64,000 nucleotides of DNA, taken from positions 512,001 to 576,000 of the forward strand of contig CBDBGH010000003.1 of the NCBI GenBank assembly GCA_965205265.1, written 5' to 3'. The first letter of the stretch is position 1. Each line of letters opens with the position of its first letter. This document shows, one piece after another, positions 44,697 through 53,890 of this stretch. Below the pieces are notes generated by a model, which was not told the DNA's origin, ran no database searches, and worked only from the letters and a program-made list of their open reading frames with translations. The DNA comes from Alphaproteobacteria bacterium (GTDB lineage Bacteria > Pseudomonadota > Alphaproteobacteria > Bin95). A program made the position numbers and the translations under genes.

Positions 44697-46142
44697 ATGC
44701 GCCTCGGGATCGCCGAGTTCAGCCTCGAATCCGTGACCTTCCTGCCCGAAACCACGGGCATCGATGTCTTTGAGCAGGGCGCTCTGCGGGGGCCCGATGT
44801 CATTGCCGGCAACAGGGGCGCCAATACCGCGCTCGGCGGGTTCATCGATGTCTGCGAGGCGGAGGGCGCGGCCATGCGGGGCATCGTGGCTGTCGGGGCG
44901 GGCGCGGCGGCCTCGGCCAGCGAGGAAGCGCTTTCCCGCTACACGGAAGAGATCGTGGCGGGCCTCGACGGTCTCGACGGGCTGCTGATCCACCTCCACG
45001 GCGCGCTCGCCACGCCCGCCAACCGCAAGGCGGACGCGCATGTGCTGGCCGCCATCCGCGCCGCGGCCGGGCCGGACTTCCCCGTTGCCTGCGCCATGGA
45101 CCTGCACGGCAATCTCGGTCCGGAGGTCGTCGCGGCCGCGGATGTCGTGACCGGCTACCGCTCCAGCCCGCATGTCGATATGGCCGAAACCGGCCGGCGG
45201 GCCGCGCGCATCCTGCTGGCCGCGATGCGGGGCCGCGTCCGCCCGGTCATGGCGCTTGCGAAGCCCGGCATCGTGCTGCCCAGCATCTTCACCGCAACGG
45301 CGCTCCGTCCTCTCGCCGACATCAAGCGGCAGGCCGCGGCCTGGCAGGCGCGCGAGGCGGGGCTGCTCGACGTGTCCGTGTTCTGCGGCTTCGCCTATGC
45401 GGACACGCCGGACACCGGCATGAGCGTCGTCGCCGTGGCGGACGGCGATGAGGCGCTTGCCCGGCGCGCGACGGACGATCTTTCCGAACAATGCAGCCTC
45501 AACCGCTTCCGGCTGCTCAAGCGCGAGCTTGTCCACAGCGTCGGGGACGGGCTGGACAAGGCCGCGGCGGTGGAAGGCGGGCCGGTCTGCCTGCTGGAGC
45601 ATGCCGACCGGATGAACGACAGCACCTGGACGCTCCGCGAGATGCTGGCGCGCGGCATGGGTCCTGCCTACGCGCCTTTCGTCTGCGACCCCGAAGCGGC
45701 GGCGGCCTGCATGGCGGCAGGGGCGGGCGCGCGGCTCAGGCTCGCCTTCGGCGGCAGGTCGTCGGAGAAGGCGGGCGGGCCCGTGGAGGCCGAGGTGGAG
45801 GTGCTTGAGGCGGGCGAAAAGCGCTTCCGCATTTCCGGGCCGCTCAAGACGGGCAGGGAAATCTCGCTCGGGCCCTCCGCGCTCATCCGTGCCGGCCGGA
45901 TGTGGGTCTCGCTCGTCTCCGCCAATTACTCCGCCATAGACCTCGACTGTTTCACCCGGTTCGGCCTCTCGCCGCAGGACTTCCGCTACATCCTGCTGCG
46001 CTCGAAAACGCATTTCCGCGAGGTCTATGAGCCGCTCTGTTCGGCCATCGTCATCCTGGACACGCCCGACTGGGGCCCCGCCGACCTCACCCTCCTGCCC
46101 TATGAGCACGTCCCGCCCGCCACCTTCCCGCTCGGTGAATGA
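44697..46142 (+). CDS. MlrC-like M81 metallopeptidase
   Basis: ESVTF, LHGA, MDLHGN, YRSSPHVDM, GFAYAD, RSKTHFR; AGGA RBS. Confidence 0.9.
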   Translation: MRLGIAEFSLESVTFLPETTGIDVFEQGALRGPDVIAGNRGANTALGGFIDVCEAEGAAMRGIVAVGAGAAASASEEALSRYTEEIVAGLDGLDGLLIHLHGALATPANRKADAHVLAAIRAAAGPDFPVACAMDLHGNLGPEVVAAADVVTGYRSSPHVDMAETGRRAARILLAAMRGRVRPVMALAKPGIVLPSIFTATALRPLADIKRQAAAWQAREAGLLDVSVFCGFAYADTPDTGMSVVAVADGDEALARRATDDLSEQCSLNRFRLLKRELVHSVGDGLDKAAAVEGGPVCLLEHADRMNDSTWTLREMLARGMGPAYAPFVCDPEAAAACMAAGAGARLRLAFGGRSSEKAGGPVEAEVEVLEAGEKRFRISGPLKTGREISLGPSALIRAGRMWVSLVSANYSAIDLDCFTRFGLSPQDFRYILLRSKTHFREVYEPLCSAIVILDTPDWGPADLTLLPYEHVPPATFPLGE

Positions 46143-46193
46143 CGGGTGGAGAGGCCGAAATGCGCCGGGCGTCGGGGCTTCGACTCGACCGGC

Positions 46194-46243
46194 CCCCTCG
46201 AAACCCGGTTGAATCCCGGCCATGCGCCCTGCCTGCAAAACCT
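46194..46243 (-). repeat. Dispersed 50-bp repeat, inverted copy of 8860-8909
   Basis: Reverse complement matches 8860-8909 at 46/50 positions by manual alignment. Confidence 0.85.
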
Positions 46244-46363
46244 TCGAAAGCGCTTGCCCCGGAGGCGCGAATCCGGCCGCCTTTCGCCCGCGGCCGAAGG
46301 CGCTATCATCCGCCGCCGAACCCTGAAACCCGAACGATCCCGAAACCCGAGGGGGGCTTCTTC

Positions 46364-46774
46364 TTGTCCGACTACCAGAAATGGATACCCGTCCCGACGC
46401 CGGAAACGCAGCACTTCTGGGACGGCTGCCGCGAAGGCAGGCTCCTGCTGCAACGCTGCGGCGACACCGGCAGGGCCTACTTCCCGCCGCGCCCGTTCAG
46501 CCCGTACACGGGCAGCCGCAATGTCTCGGTGTTCGAGGCGTCCGGCAAGGGCGCGCTCTACAGCTATGTCATCAACCACCGGCCGGCGAAAGGCTTCGAG
46601 GCGCCCTACGCCATCGCCATCGTCCAGCTTCCCGAGGGCGTGCGGATGATGACCAACATCGTGGAGTGCGAGCAGACGCCGGAGGCGCTCGAGCTCGACA
46701 TGCCGCTCGAGGTCTGTTTCCAGAAGATCGACGACGACATCTCGCTGCCGCTCTGGCGGCCGGCGCGCGGCTGA
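46364..46774 (+). CDS. DUF35 Zn-ribbon/OB-fold protein (ChsH2-like)
   Basis: PTPETQHFW...GRLLLQRC, ASGKGALYSY, V.LPEG.RMMTNIV; TTG start inferred. Confidence 0.85.
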   Translation: MSDYQKWIPVPTPETQHFWDGCREGRLLLQRCGDTGRAYFPPRPFSPYTGSRNVSVFEASGKGALYSYVINHRPAKGFEAPYAIAIVQLPEGVRMMTNIVECEQTPEALELDMPLEVCFQKIDDDISLPLWRPARG

Positions 46775-46789
46775 GGGGAGGGCGGAACC

Positions 46790-47950
46790 ATGACCTACAA
46801 GCCCGGCTCCGTCGCCATAGTGGGCGCCGCCGAGACCACCGAACTCGGCAAGCTGCCCGGCATCTCGCAACTCCAGCTCCATGCCGACGCCGCGCTCAAT
46901 GCGATGGCGGATTGCGGCCTGCGCCCCGCCGATATCGACGGCATCGCGACCGCGCGCGAAGTCCCGACGGAGCTCGCCCACTATCTCGGCATCGTGCCGA
47001 AATGGGTGGACGGCACCTCTGTCGGCGGCTGCTCCTTCATGATCCATGTGCGCCATGCCTGCGCCGCCATCGAGGCGGGGCTCTGCAAGACGGTGCTCAT
47101 CACGCACGGCGAGAGCGGCCGCTCGCAGATCGGCCGGCCCGTGCAGGGCGTCGGCCCCTCCACGCAGGAGGGCCAGTTCCAGATGCCCTACGGGCCGCTC
47201 GGGCCGCCGACCATGTTCACCATCCCGGTGCTGCGCTACCTGAAGACCTACGGCGTCGGCATCGAGAAGGTCGCCAATGTGGGCGTGGTGCAGCGCAAAT
47301 GGGCGGGCTTCCATCCGCGCGCGAGCTTCCGCGACCCGATCACCATCGACGATGTGCTGAACTCGCGCATGATCGCCTGGCCGTTCCGGCTGCTGATGTG
47401 CTGTCTCGTCACCGACGGCGGCGGCGCGCTCATCCTGACGAAGGCCGACCGGGCGTCGAGCTTCCCGACGAAGCCCGTCTATATCCAGGGCATCGGCGAG
47501 AGCGTGGAGACCAGCCTCATCAGCCAGATGGAGGACTTCACCTCCTCGCGCGCCTTCCGCGTCGCCGGGCGGACGGCGTTCGAGAATGCGGGCATCACGC
47601 ACAAGGACGTGGACCACCTGATGATCTACGACGCCTTCGCGCATCTGCCGATCTACGGCCTGGAGGACCTGGGCTTCTGCGGGCGCGGCGAGGCCGGCGA
47701 CTTCATGTGGGAGGGCAACACCGCGCCCGGCGCCACCGGCTCGAACGCGCTCCCGCTCAACACCAATGGCGGCGGCCTCTCCTACATGCATTCCGGCATG
47801 TACGGCATGTATGCGCTGCAGGAGAGCGTGCGCCAGATGCGCGGGACTTCGCCCGCCCAGATCGAGGGCGCGGAACTGTCCGTCTGCCACGGGGTCGGCG
47901 GCATGTTCGCGGCCTCGGGCACGGTGGTGATGTCCAACCGGCCGGCCTGA
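46790..47950 (+). CDS. Thiolase-superfamily (SCP-x/Ltp2-like) protein
   Basis: AIVGAAET, CCLVTDGGGA, IYDAF, LNTNGGGLSYMH, RQMRG. Confidence 0.9.
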   Translation: MTYKPGSVAIVGAAETTELGKLPGISQLQLHADAALNAMADCGLRPADIDGIATAREVPTELAHYLGIVPKWVDGTSVGGCSFMIHVRHACAAIEAGLCKTVLITHGESGRSQIGRPVQGVGPSTQEGQFQMPYGPLGPPTMFTIPVLRYLKTYGVGIEKVANVGVVQRKWAGFHPRASFRDPITIDDVLNSRMIAWPFRLLMCCLVTDGGGALILTKADRASSFPTKPVYIQGIGESVETSLISQMEDFTSSRAFRVAGRTAFENAGITHKDVDHLMIYDAFAHLPIYGLEDLGFCGRGEAGDFMWEGNTAPGATGSNALPLNTNGGGLSYMHSGMYGMYALQESVRQMRGTSPAQIEGAELSVCHGVGGMFAASGTVVMSNRPA

Positions 47951-47972
47951 CCGCTTGAGGGGCGCGCCTGTC

Positions 47973-48641
47973 ATGGACCTTGCCGGCCGCGTGCTTTACC
48001 GCGACGGCCTCGTCCTCGTCATCGACAAGCCCGCCGGGGTCCCGGTTCATGCCGGCCCCGGCGGCGGCCCCAATCTGGAAGAGGGCTTCGACAGCCTCCG
48101 CTTCGGCTGGAAGCGCCCGCCCGCGCTCGCCCACAGGCTCGACCGGGAGACCAGCGGCTGCCTGGTGCTGGGCCGGCACCCGAAGGCGCTCCGGCGTCTC
48201 GGCAGGCTGTTCGCCTCGGGCCGGGTGGGCAAGACCTACTGGGCCTGGACGGCAGGGGCGCCGCGGGAAGAAGCGGGGCTGATCGAGGCGCCGCTGCTCA
48301 AGCGCAGTACGCGGGCGGGCGGCTGGTCCATGCAGGTGGACGGAGAGGGCAAGGCTGCCGCCACCCGCTACCGCGTGCTCGAACGGCGGGGGGACGGCAC
48401 CGCGTGGCTCGAATGCCGGCCGCTGACGGGCCGCACGCACCAGATCCGGGCGCATCTGGCCCATCTCGGCTGCCCCGTGGTGGGCGACACGCGCTATGGC
48501 GGCCCCGAGGCTCCCCGGACGCTGCTGCACGCCCGCGCCGTAACGCTGCCGCTCCGGGATGGCCGGGAGCCGGTAACGGCGGAAGCGCCCCTGCCGGCGG
48601 ATATAGAGGCGTTCCTCGCGGGCGGCGGCCGTCAGGTATAG
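47973..48641 (+). CDS. RluA family pseudouridine synthase
   Basis: IDKPAG, HRLDRETSG (catalytic Asp), TGRTHQIRAH, GD..YG, LHA. Confidence 0.93.
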   Translation: MDLAGRVLYRDGLVLVIDKPAGVPVHAGPGGGPNLEEGFDSLRFGWKRPPALAHRLDRETSGCLVLGRHPKALRRLGRLFASGRVGKTYWAWTAGAPREEAGLIEAPLLKRSTRAGGWSMQVDGEGKAAATRYRVLERRGDGTAWLECRPLTGRTHQIRAHLAHLGCPVVGDTRYGGPEAPRTLLHARAVTLPLRDGREPVTAEAPLPADIEAFLAGGGRQV

Positions 48642-49600
48642 ACGAACGCCAGCGAGCGGTCGGGCTCGGCGAGCACCAGATCGACGACGGTCTCGACGGT
48701 GCTGCCGACGGGCTCCATGCCGGCCGCTTTCGCGGCATCCGTCATCGCCTGCATGGCGCGCAGGAAATTGCGGCAGACCCGGTCGTCGGGGTCCGTGTAG
48801 TCGTTGTCGTTGTGCGTGATGGCGTTGATGACCGGGATCGTCGCGCCGCGCCGGCGGACCTGGCTGACGATATTGGCGGCGATCCGCTCGTAGTCCGCCT
48901 CGGGCCAGTCGGGGCGCATGTCCCAGTGGCCGGTGAGCGTGTTCGCGTCGAGCGCGTCTGCGTCCGGATCGACGGCCTGCCACTTTGTGCCGGCCGTGAC
49001 GAGCGTGCCGGAAAAATCGACCGAAACCGGCATGTTGGCGAAGGGCAGGCTGCCGACAAGCTGGCGGAAGGCCGGATGGGCCCGGTGCGGGTCGGGCGCA
49101 GCACCCGTCCAGATGGCGTTCATGCGCGGCCATATCCGCCCCGGCATCGAGCAGGACCCGCCGCGAAAGCCGAGGTCGGCAAGCACCCGGTACATGTTGT
49201 CGTTGGCCGAGAAGGTGCCGGGCCGGAAATAGAGCGGGCGGCGCCCCATGCCCGACTGCCACATCGAGACCGCCTCGGAGACGACCGCGCGCATCTCCGG
49301 CTCCGAAAGCCCGCCGAAATGGGCCTTGTACTTGCCGTCGCGGAACTTCCAGGGATGGAGGTGCAGGCCCTCGACGCAGCAGCCCCGGCCCCTCAGCTCC
49401 TCGAACAGCCCGGCCTGCGCGACCGCGACCTCGGGATGGATGAAGAAGGAGACGGGGAAGCCGAATTCGGCGGCCCGCTCGGCATAGCCGCGGATGAACT
49501 TCTCGCTGTCGGCCCAGCTTTGGGGCCCGGTCGCTGTCGGATGGGTGTCCGGCGTCGGCGGCTCCACATCCATCGTGATGACGACATGCAGCTTGTCCAC
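48632..49600 (-). CDS. Polysaccharide deacetylase-like hypothetical protein
   Basis: ITMDVE, SFFIHP, GLHLHP and FRPG motifs typical of the CE4/NodB-like fold. Confidence 0.6.
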   Translation of the reverse strand: MDKLHVVITMDVEPPTPDTHPTATGPQSWADSEKFIRGYAERAAEFGFPVSFFIHPEVAVAQAGLFEELRGRGCCVEGLHLHPWKFRDGKYKAHFGGLSEPEMRAVVSEAVSMWQSGMGRRPLYFRPGTFSANDNMYRVLADLGFRGGSCSMPGRIWPRMNAIWTGAAPDPHRAHPAFRQLVGSLPFANMPVSVDFSGTLVTAGTKWQAVDPDADALDANTLTGHWDMRPDWPEADYERIAANIVSQVRRRGATIPVINAITHNDNDYTDPDDRVCRNFLRAMQAMTDAAKAAGMEPVGSTVETVVDLVLAEPDRSLAFVYT

Positions 49601-49610
49601 GGGGGCCGCG

Positions 49611-50789
49611 TCAGACCCGCTTCGGCAGCATGAAGGCGCCGCAAAGGATCGCCGCTGCCGCGACCGCCAGCACGATGAACAACGCCTCGAACCCCCAGGC
49701 CTTGTGCAGCCAGGCGATCAGGTTGAGCGCCGTCGCCGCGACCGCAAAGGTCACGATATACCGGGCGGCGAAGGCGCGGGCGCGCCACTCGCTCTTCGTC
49801 ATGCGCCCGACAAGCACATCGTTGATGGGTATCTGGCCGAACACCGCCAGCATGAAGCCGACGGCGATGAAGAAGGCGAGGAGGCCGTCGGCGTGAATCA
49901 TGGCGACGAACAGCAGCGCCTGGCATGCCGCAACGCCCATGAACACCCAGCGGATCGAGTAGTTGTCCACGAGCCAGCCGACGAGAAGCTGCGCGAAGGC
50001 GGCGGCGGTGAAGGCGACAAAGGCGTAGCCGCCCACTTCCGTCGCCGAGCCGGCGAAATCGGTGAGGCGTTCGTCGAACACTTTGGGGAGCGCGAAGGTC
50101 GTGCTCTGGAAGACGAGCCCGCCCATCGCCGTCGTGAAGAAGATGATCGCGAAGACATGTATCAGGGCCGCGCGCGTCGGCGCGACGTCCGCGGCGGCCG
50201 CCGGTCTCGCCGCTGCAACCGAGGCCGGCGCGACGACGGGGCCGCCGCGCAGGAACAGCATCCAGGCGAACCCGATGGCGATGCAAACGGCGCCGGGGAC
50301 GAAAAAGGCGGCCCGCCATCCGGCGATGTCGATCAGCACGCCCGTCACCAGCGCAGCCAGCGCCACGCCCATATTGCCGTAGATGCCGTTGATCGCGATG
50401 GGGATTCCGGTGCGCCCGCGTCCCTCCACCACCATGGCGAGGCCGACGGGGTGGTAGATCGCGGCGAACACGCCGATCGCCAGCAGGCCCGCGCCGATCT
50501 GGAGCGGCGTGTCGGCGAAGCCGGTGGCGACGGTGCTGGCCCCGATGCCGAGGAAGAAGACGCTCATCATCCCCTCGCGGCTCCACTTGTCGCCGAGCCA
50601 TCCGGCCAGGAGAGCGAAGGCCCCGAACGCGACGAGGCCCGCCGTTCCGTAGGGGATCAGTTCGTCATAGGTCAGGTTCCAGGCCTCGGCCAGGAAGAGC
50701 GCCGCCACGGTGGCGAAGATCAGCATGGCGAGATGGTCGAACAGGTGCCCGACATTCAGGAACAGGAACTGCGTTGAGAAACGGGTCAT
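49611..50789 (-). CDS. MFS transporter
   Basis: Multiple TM helices; GWLGDKWSR motif A; AAIYHPVG. Confidence 0.92.
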   Translation of the reverse strand: MTRFSTQFLFLNVGHLFDHLAMLIFATVAALFLAEAWNLTYDELIPYGTAGLVAFGAFALLAGWLGDKWSREGMMSVFFLGIGASTVATGFADTPLQIGAGLLAIGVFAAIYHPVGLAMVVEGRGRTGIPIAINGIYGNMGVALAALVTGVLIDIAGWRAAFFVPGAVCIAIGFAWMLFLRGGPVVAPASVAAARPAAAADVAPTRAALIHVFAIIFFTTAMGGLVFQSTTFALPKVFDERLTDFAGSATEVGGYAFVAFTAAAFAQLLVGWLVDNYSIRWVFMGVAACQALLFVAMIHADGLLAFFIAVGFMLAVFGQIPINDVLVGRMTKSEWRARAFAARYIVTFAVAATALNLIAWLHKAWGFEALFIVLAVAAAAILCGAFMLPKRV

Positions 50790-51004
50790 GCCTGAGCTGC
50801 TTTCAAACGTCCGTCATCGGGTTCCGGCACCGGATCGCCGAGTTCCCGGCTGGTGTCGATCCACAGCCGGATCGCCTCGTTGATTTCCCGGAGAGCGGCT
50901 TCCTGCGTTTCGCCGTGGGCCATGCAGCCCGGAAGTTGCGGCGCCTCGGCCACGAAAGCGCCGTCCTCGCTGCTCCAGTAGAGAACGATACCGTATTTGT
51001 ACAT
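50786..51004 (-). CDS. HicB family antitoxin (short, 72 aa)
   Basis: YWSSEDGAFVAEAPQLPGCMAHGET.E.AL...W...G.PVPEP. Confidence 0.9.
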   Translation of the reverse strand: MYKYGIVLYWSSEDGAFVAEAPQLPGCMAHGETQEAALREINEAIRLWIDTSRELGDPVPEPDDGRLKAAQA

Positions 51005-51012
51005 CGGTCCGC

Positions 51013-51258
51013 CTAGTTAAGCCTGTATTTCCGGATTATCGCACGAACCTGCCTTAACTGGTAAGGCTTTGCGTGGCTGCCGTCCCGCTGAAGGTTGATG
51101 CGCTCGATGATGCCCCGCATGACGAAAAGATGATGACTGCCGCGAGTGCGCTCTTCAAAGCCGAGTTCGAGCAGCAACCTTCGCAGGTCATCAAAGCGAA
51201 TAGCTGCGTCCGAACGACCGCTCAGGACTCTTTTGAGGAGCTTCTCGCGCTGGGTCAT
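51013..51258 (-). CDS. HicA family toxin
   Basis: F..L..LL..LGF....GSHH.F...INLQ....AKPYQ. Confidence 0.88.
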   Translation of the reverse strand: MTQREKLLKRVLSGRSDAAIRFDDLRRLLLELGFEERTRGSHHLFVMRGIIERINLQRDGSHAKPYQLRQVRAIIRKYRLN

Positions 51259-51281
51259 CGTCTGTTCAGACGTGGATGCGT

Positions 51282-52400
51282 CTAATCCGCAATCGCCATG
51301 TGGACGAAGTTCGAGACGACGTCGAGGCGTTCGCTGTGCCAGGGCTCGGGGTAGAGGCAGTTGGTGAGATAGGCGAAGGAGACGCCGGAGGCCGGGTCCG
51401 CCCAGCAATAGGAGGAGCCGACGCCGCCATGGCCGAACACGCTCTCATGGCCGAGCGAGCCGAGGCCCCGGATCGTCTCTGTGCGGCCCCTCACATGCGG
51501 GCCGATGCCGCGGTGCATCGCCATCTCGAAGCGCTCGTCCACGCGCTCGCCCGTCCAGTTGCGGGTGCAATAGGCGACGAGGCGCGGCGGGAAGAGCCGC
51601 ACGTCCTCCAGCCGTCCGCCCTGCACGAGCATCTGGTAGAAGGCCGCCATGCCCTTCGCGGTCGCATAACCGCCGCCGCCGGGTATCCCGGCGCGGCGGA
51701 TTTCGGGCGTGTTGCGCTCCGCCAGCGGCTCGAACTCGCCGCCCTCGGCCGGCGCGTGCATATCGACCGCGCGCCCGTGCTCGGAATCCGGCAGGCCGAC
51801 AAATACCTCGTTCTCCAGCCCGAGCGGCGCCGTGATCTCGTCGCGGATGAAGGCGCGGAAGTCCCGGCCGGAAACCGCCTCGATCAGCGCCGCGGCCGCC
51901 CAGTGCGCGGCCCCGGCGTGGTAGTGGACGCGGCTTCCGGGCGTCCATTCGGCCTCGAATCCGATTACGGCGCGCCGCCTCGCCTCGCGGTCCTCCCAGG
52001 CCTCCGGCGGCATGTCCGAGTTGGGAAAGCCGCCCTGGTGCGTCAGCAGTTCGAGCACGGTCTGCCGGCCCTTGCCGTGGGCCTCGAAGCCCGGCAGGTG
52101 CATGGCGACCGGGTCGGTGAAGCGCAGCCGGCCCTCGGCCACGAGTTTCCAGACTGCCGCCGCCGTAATCACCTTGGTGTTGGAGAAGAGCAGCCAGAGT
52201 GTGCCTTCCTCCGCATCCTGCGGCGGGTCGAGCCGCGCGCGGCCGAAGCGCCGGTTGAGCGCCAGCCGCCCGTGCCGGGCGACGGCGATCTCGGCGCCGG
52301 GATAGCGCCCCTCGGCGATATGGGCCTCTACCGTCTCGACCAGCCGCTCCAGCGGCCGCGGATCGAGGCCGAGCGCCCCGGCGTCCGCCATGTCCGTCAT
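51282..52400 (-). CDS. Serine hydrolase (beta-lactamase-like)
   Basis: FSNTK (SxxK), LLTHQGG, PG....YH, FGHGG. Confidence 0.92.
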   Translation of the reverse strand: MTDMADAGALGLDPRPLERLVETVEAHIAEGRYPGAEIAVARHGRLALNRRFGRARLDPPQDAEEGTLWLLFSNTKVITAAAVWKLVAEGRLRFTDPVAMHLPGFEAHGKGRQTVLELLTHQGGFPNSDMPPEAWEDREARRRAVIGFEAEWTPGSRVHYHAGAAHWAAAALIEAVSGRDFRAFIRDEITAPLGLENEVFVGLPDSEHGRAVDMHAPAEGGEFEPLAERNTPEIRRAGIPGGGGYATAKGMAAFYQMLVQGGRLEDVRLFPPRLVAYCTRNWTGERVDERFEMAMHRGIGPHVRGRTETIRGLGSLGHESVFGHGGVGSSYCWADPASGVSFAYLTNCLYPEPWHSERLDVVSNFVHMAIAD

Positions 52401-52410
52401 CGGGGCGCGC

Positions 52411-53028
52411 CTAGAATTGCGGGAAGGTCGAGCTGAATGCCTCCATCGCCTCGCAGCGTTCGGCGAGCCTCGCCAGCGCCGGGCAGGCCTCGCGGACCTT
52501 CATCGGCGGGTGCGCGAGGCGCGCGAAGGTGAAGCCGCAGACGGCGGAGATGTCGGCCTGGCTCATCGAATCGCCAACCAGCCAGCCGTCGCCGGCTTCG
52601 GTCGCGAGGCCGTCCAGATACCGGAAGCCGCCGAGCGCACGCTCGCGATTGTGGGCGATCCAGCTTTCTTCGACCTTCTCCTTCGGCCGGAAGCGCGGCT
52701 CATAGACGGCCCAGATGGTCCGGTCCATGGCGCCGACGGCCATGGCGGTGACGCGCATCACGTCGCGCCGCGCCTTGCCGGCGGCCGGGGTCAACCGCTT
52801 GTCGCCGGCCATTTCGTCGAGCGCGTCCAGAATGGCGTAGCTCTCGACCAGTGCCTCGCCGCCGTCGAGCAGCAGGGTCGGGATGCGCAGCAGCGGATTG
52901 TGGGGACGGAGCGAGTCCGGGTCGTCGAAGACCGCGACTGGATCGTGCTCCCAGTCGAGGCCCATCAGGTTCAGGGAGACGGCAACACGGCGGACATAGG
53001 GCGAGCGGGTGGGGCCGAGCAGTTTCAT
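52411..53028 (-). CDS. Glutathione S-transferase
   Basis: SPYVRRV, NPL..IPTL, ESYAI, QADI. Confidence 0.92.
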   Translation of the reverse strand: MKLLGPTRSPYVRRVAVSLNLMGLDWEHDPVAVFDDPDSLRPHNPLLRIPTLLLDGGEALVESYAILDALDEMAGDKRLTPAAGKARRDVMRVTAMAVGAMDRTIWAVYEPRFRPKEKVEESWIAHNRERALGGFRYLDGLATEAGDGWLVGDSMSQADISAVCGFTFARLAHPPMKVREACPALARLAERCEAMEAFSSTFPQF

Positions 53029-53182
53029 CGGGCTTGAAGCTCCTGGAGGCGGGGTTAGAGAACCGCACCATAACGCGCTCCGCGGCCCGCCTCCAGACTT
53101 GGGGGGCGCGTTCCGCGCGGGACGGGATGCGTTTTCTCCTCCGGCCCCCAATTTCCGCGTTTACCTCTATATGCTGCTCCTC

Positions 53183-53890
53183 ATGAAGCTGGATCATCTC
53201 ACATGGCCCGAAGTCGAGGCCTATCTCGGCCGGGCCGGCGGCATCCTGCTGCCGGTCGGCTCGACGGAGCAGCACGGGCCCAACGGGCCGCTCGGCACGG
53301 ACGCGCTCTGTCCCGAAGGGGTAGGGCGGGAGGCGGCGGAGCGGCTCGGCGTTCTCGTCGCACCTACGCTCAGGCTCGGCGTCGCACCCTATCACATGGC
53401 CTTTCCGGGGACGATCACGCTCACGCCGGAGACCTTCCAGGCGGTCCTGAAGGAGACCGTCGCCTCGCTCGCCCGGCACGGCTTCGGCCATGTCTATGTG
53501 CTGAACGGGCATGGCGGCAACATTCCCTTCATCCGGGCCGTGCTGAAGGATCTGGAGGCGCCCCGCTGCCGGCTTCACAGCTGGTTCGCCGGGCCGCGGG
53601 TGCGCGCGCTCGCAAAGCAGCTTTACGGCAAGGCGGAGGGCCTGCATGCCACGCCGTCGGAAATCGCGCTCGCCTGGCATGTCGCGCCCGAGACCCGGCG
53701 CGAGAATGTGGCCATGACGCCGAAGCGCGCGCCCGGCGGTTTCGAGAAGGAGCCGGACGCCTTCCGGGCGCGCTTCCCGGACGGGCGCATCGGCTCCGAG
53801 GCCGCGCTCGCCCGCGCCGAGGACGGGGCCAGGCTGCTGGCAGCGGCCGTGGAGGACGTGATCGAGGACTACCGCGCCTTCACCGCGTAA
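53183..53890 (+). CDS. Creatininase family amidohydrolase
   Basis: LTWPEV, PVGSTEQHGP, FPGTI, NGHGGN, HA..SE. Confidence 0.92.
   Translation: MKLDHLTWPEVEAYLGRAGGILLPVGSTEQHGPNGPLGTDALCPEGVGREAAERLGVLVAPTLRLGVAPYHMAFPGTITLTPETFQAVLKETVASLARHGFGHVYVLNGHGGNIPFIRAVLKDLEAPRCRLHSWFAGPRVRALAKQLYGKAEGLHATPSEIALAWHVAPETRRENVAMTPKRAPGGFEKEPDAFRARFPDGRIGSEAALARAEDGARLLAAAVEDVIEDYRAFTA

Noticed and set aside
48632-48641. Short 3' overlaps of convergent genes (also 53880-53890 and 58715-58718)
   Set aside because: Common in compact high-GC genomes; no evidence of special function.
51282-52400. Antibiotic-resistance beta-lactamase
   Set aside because: SxxK serine hydrolase with no signal peptide and esterase-like motifs; resistance is not supported.
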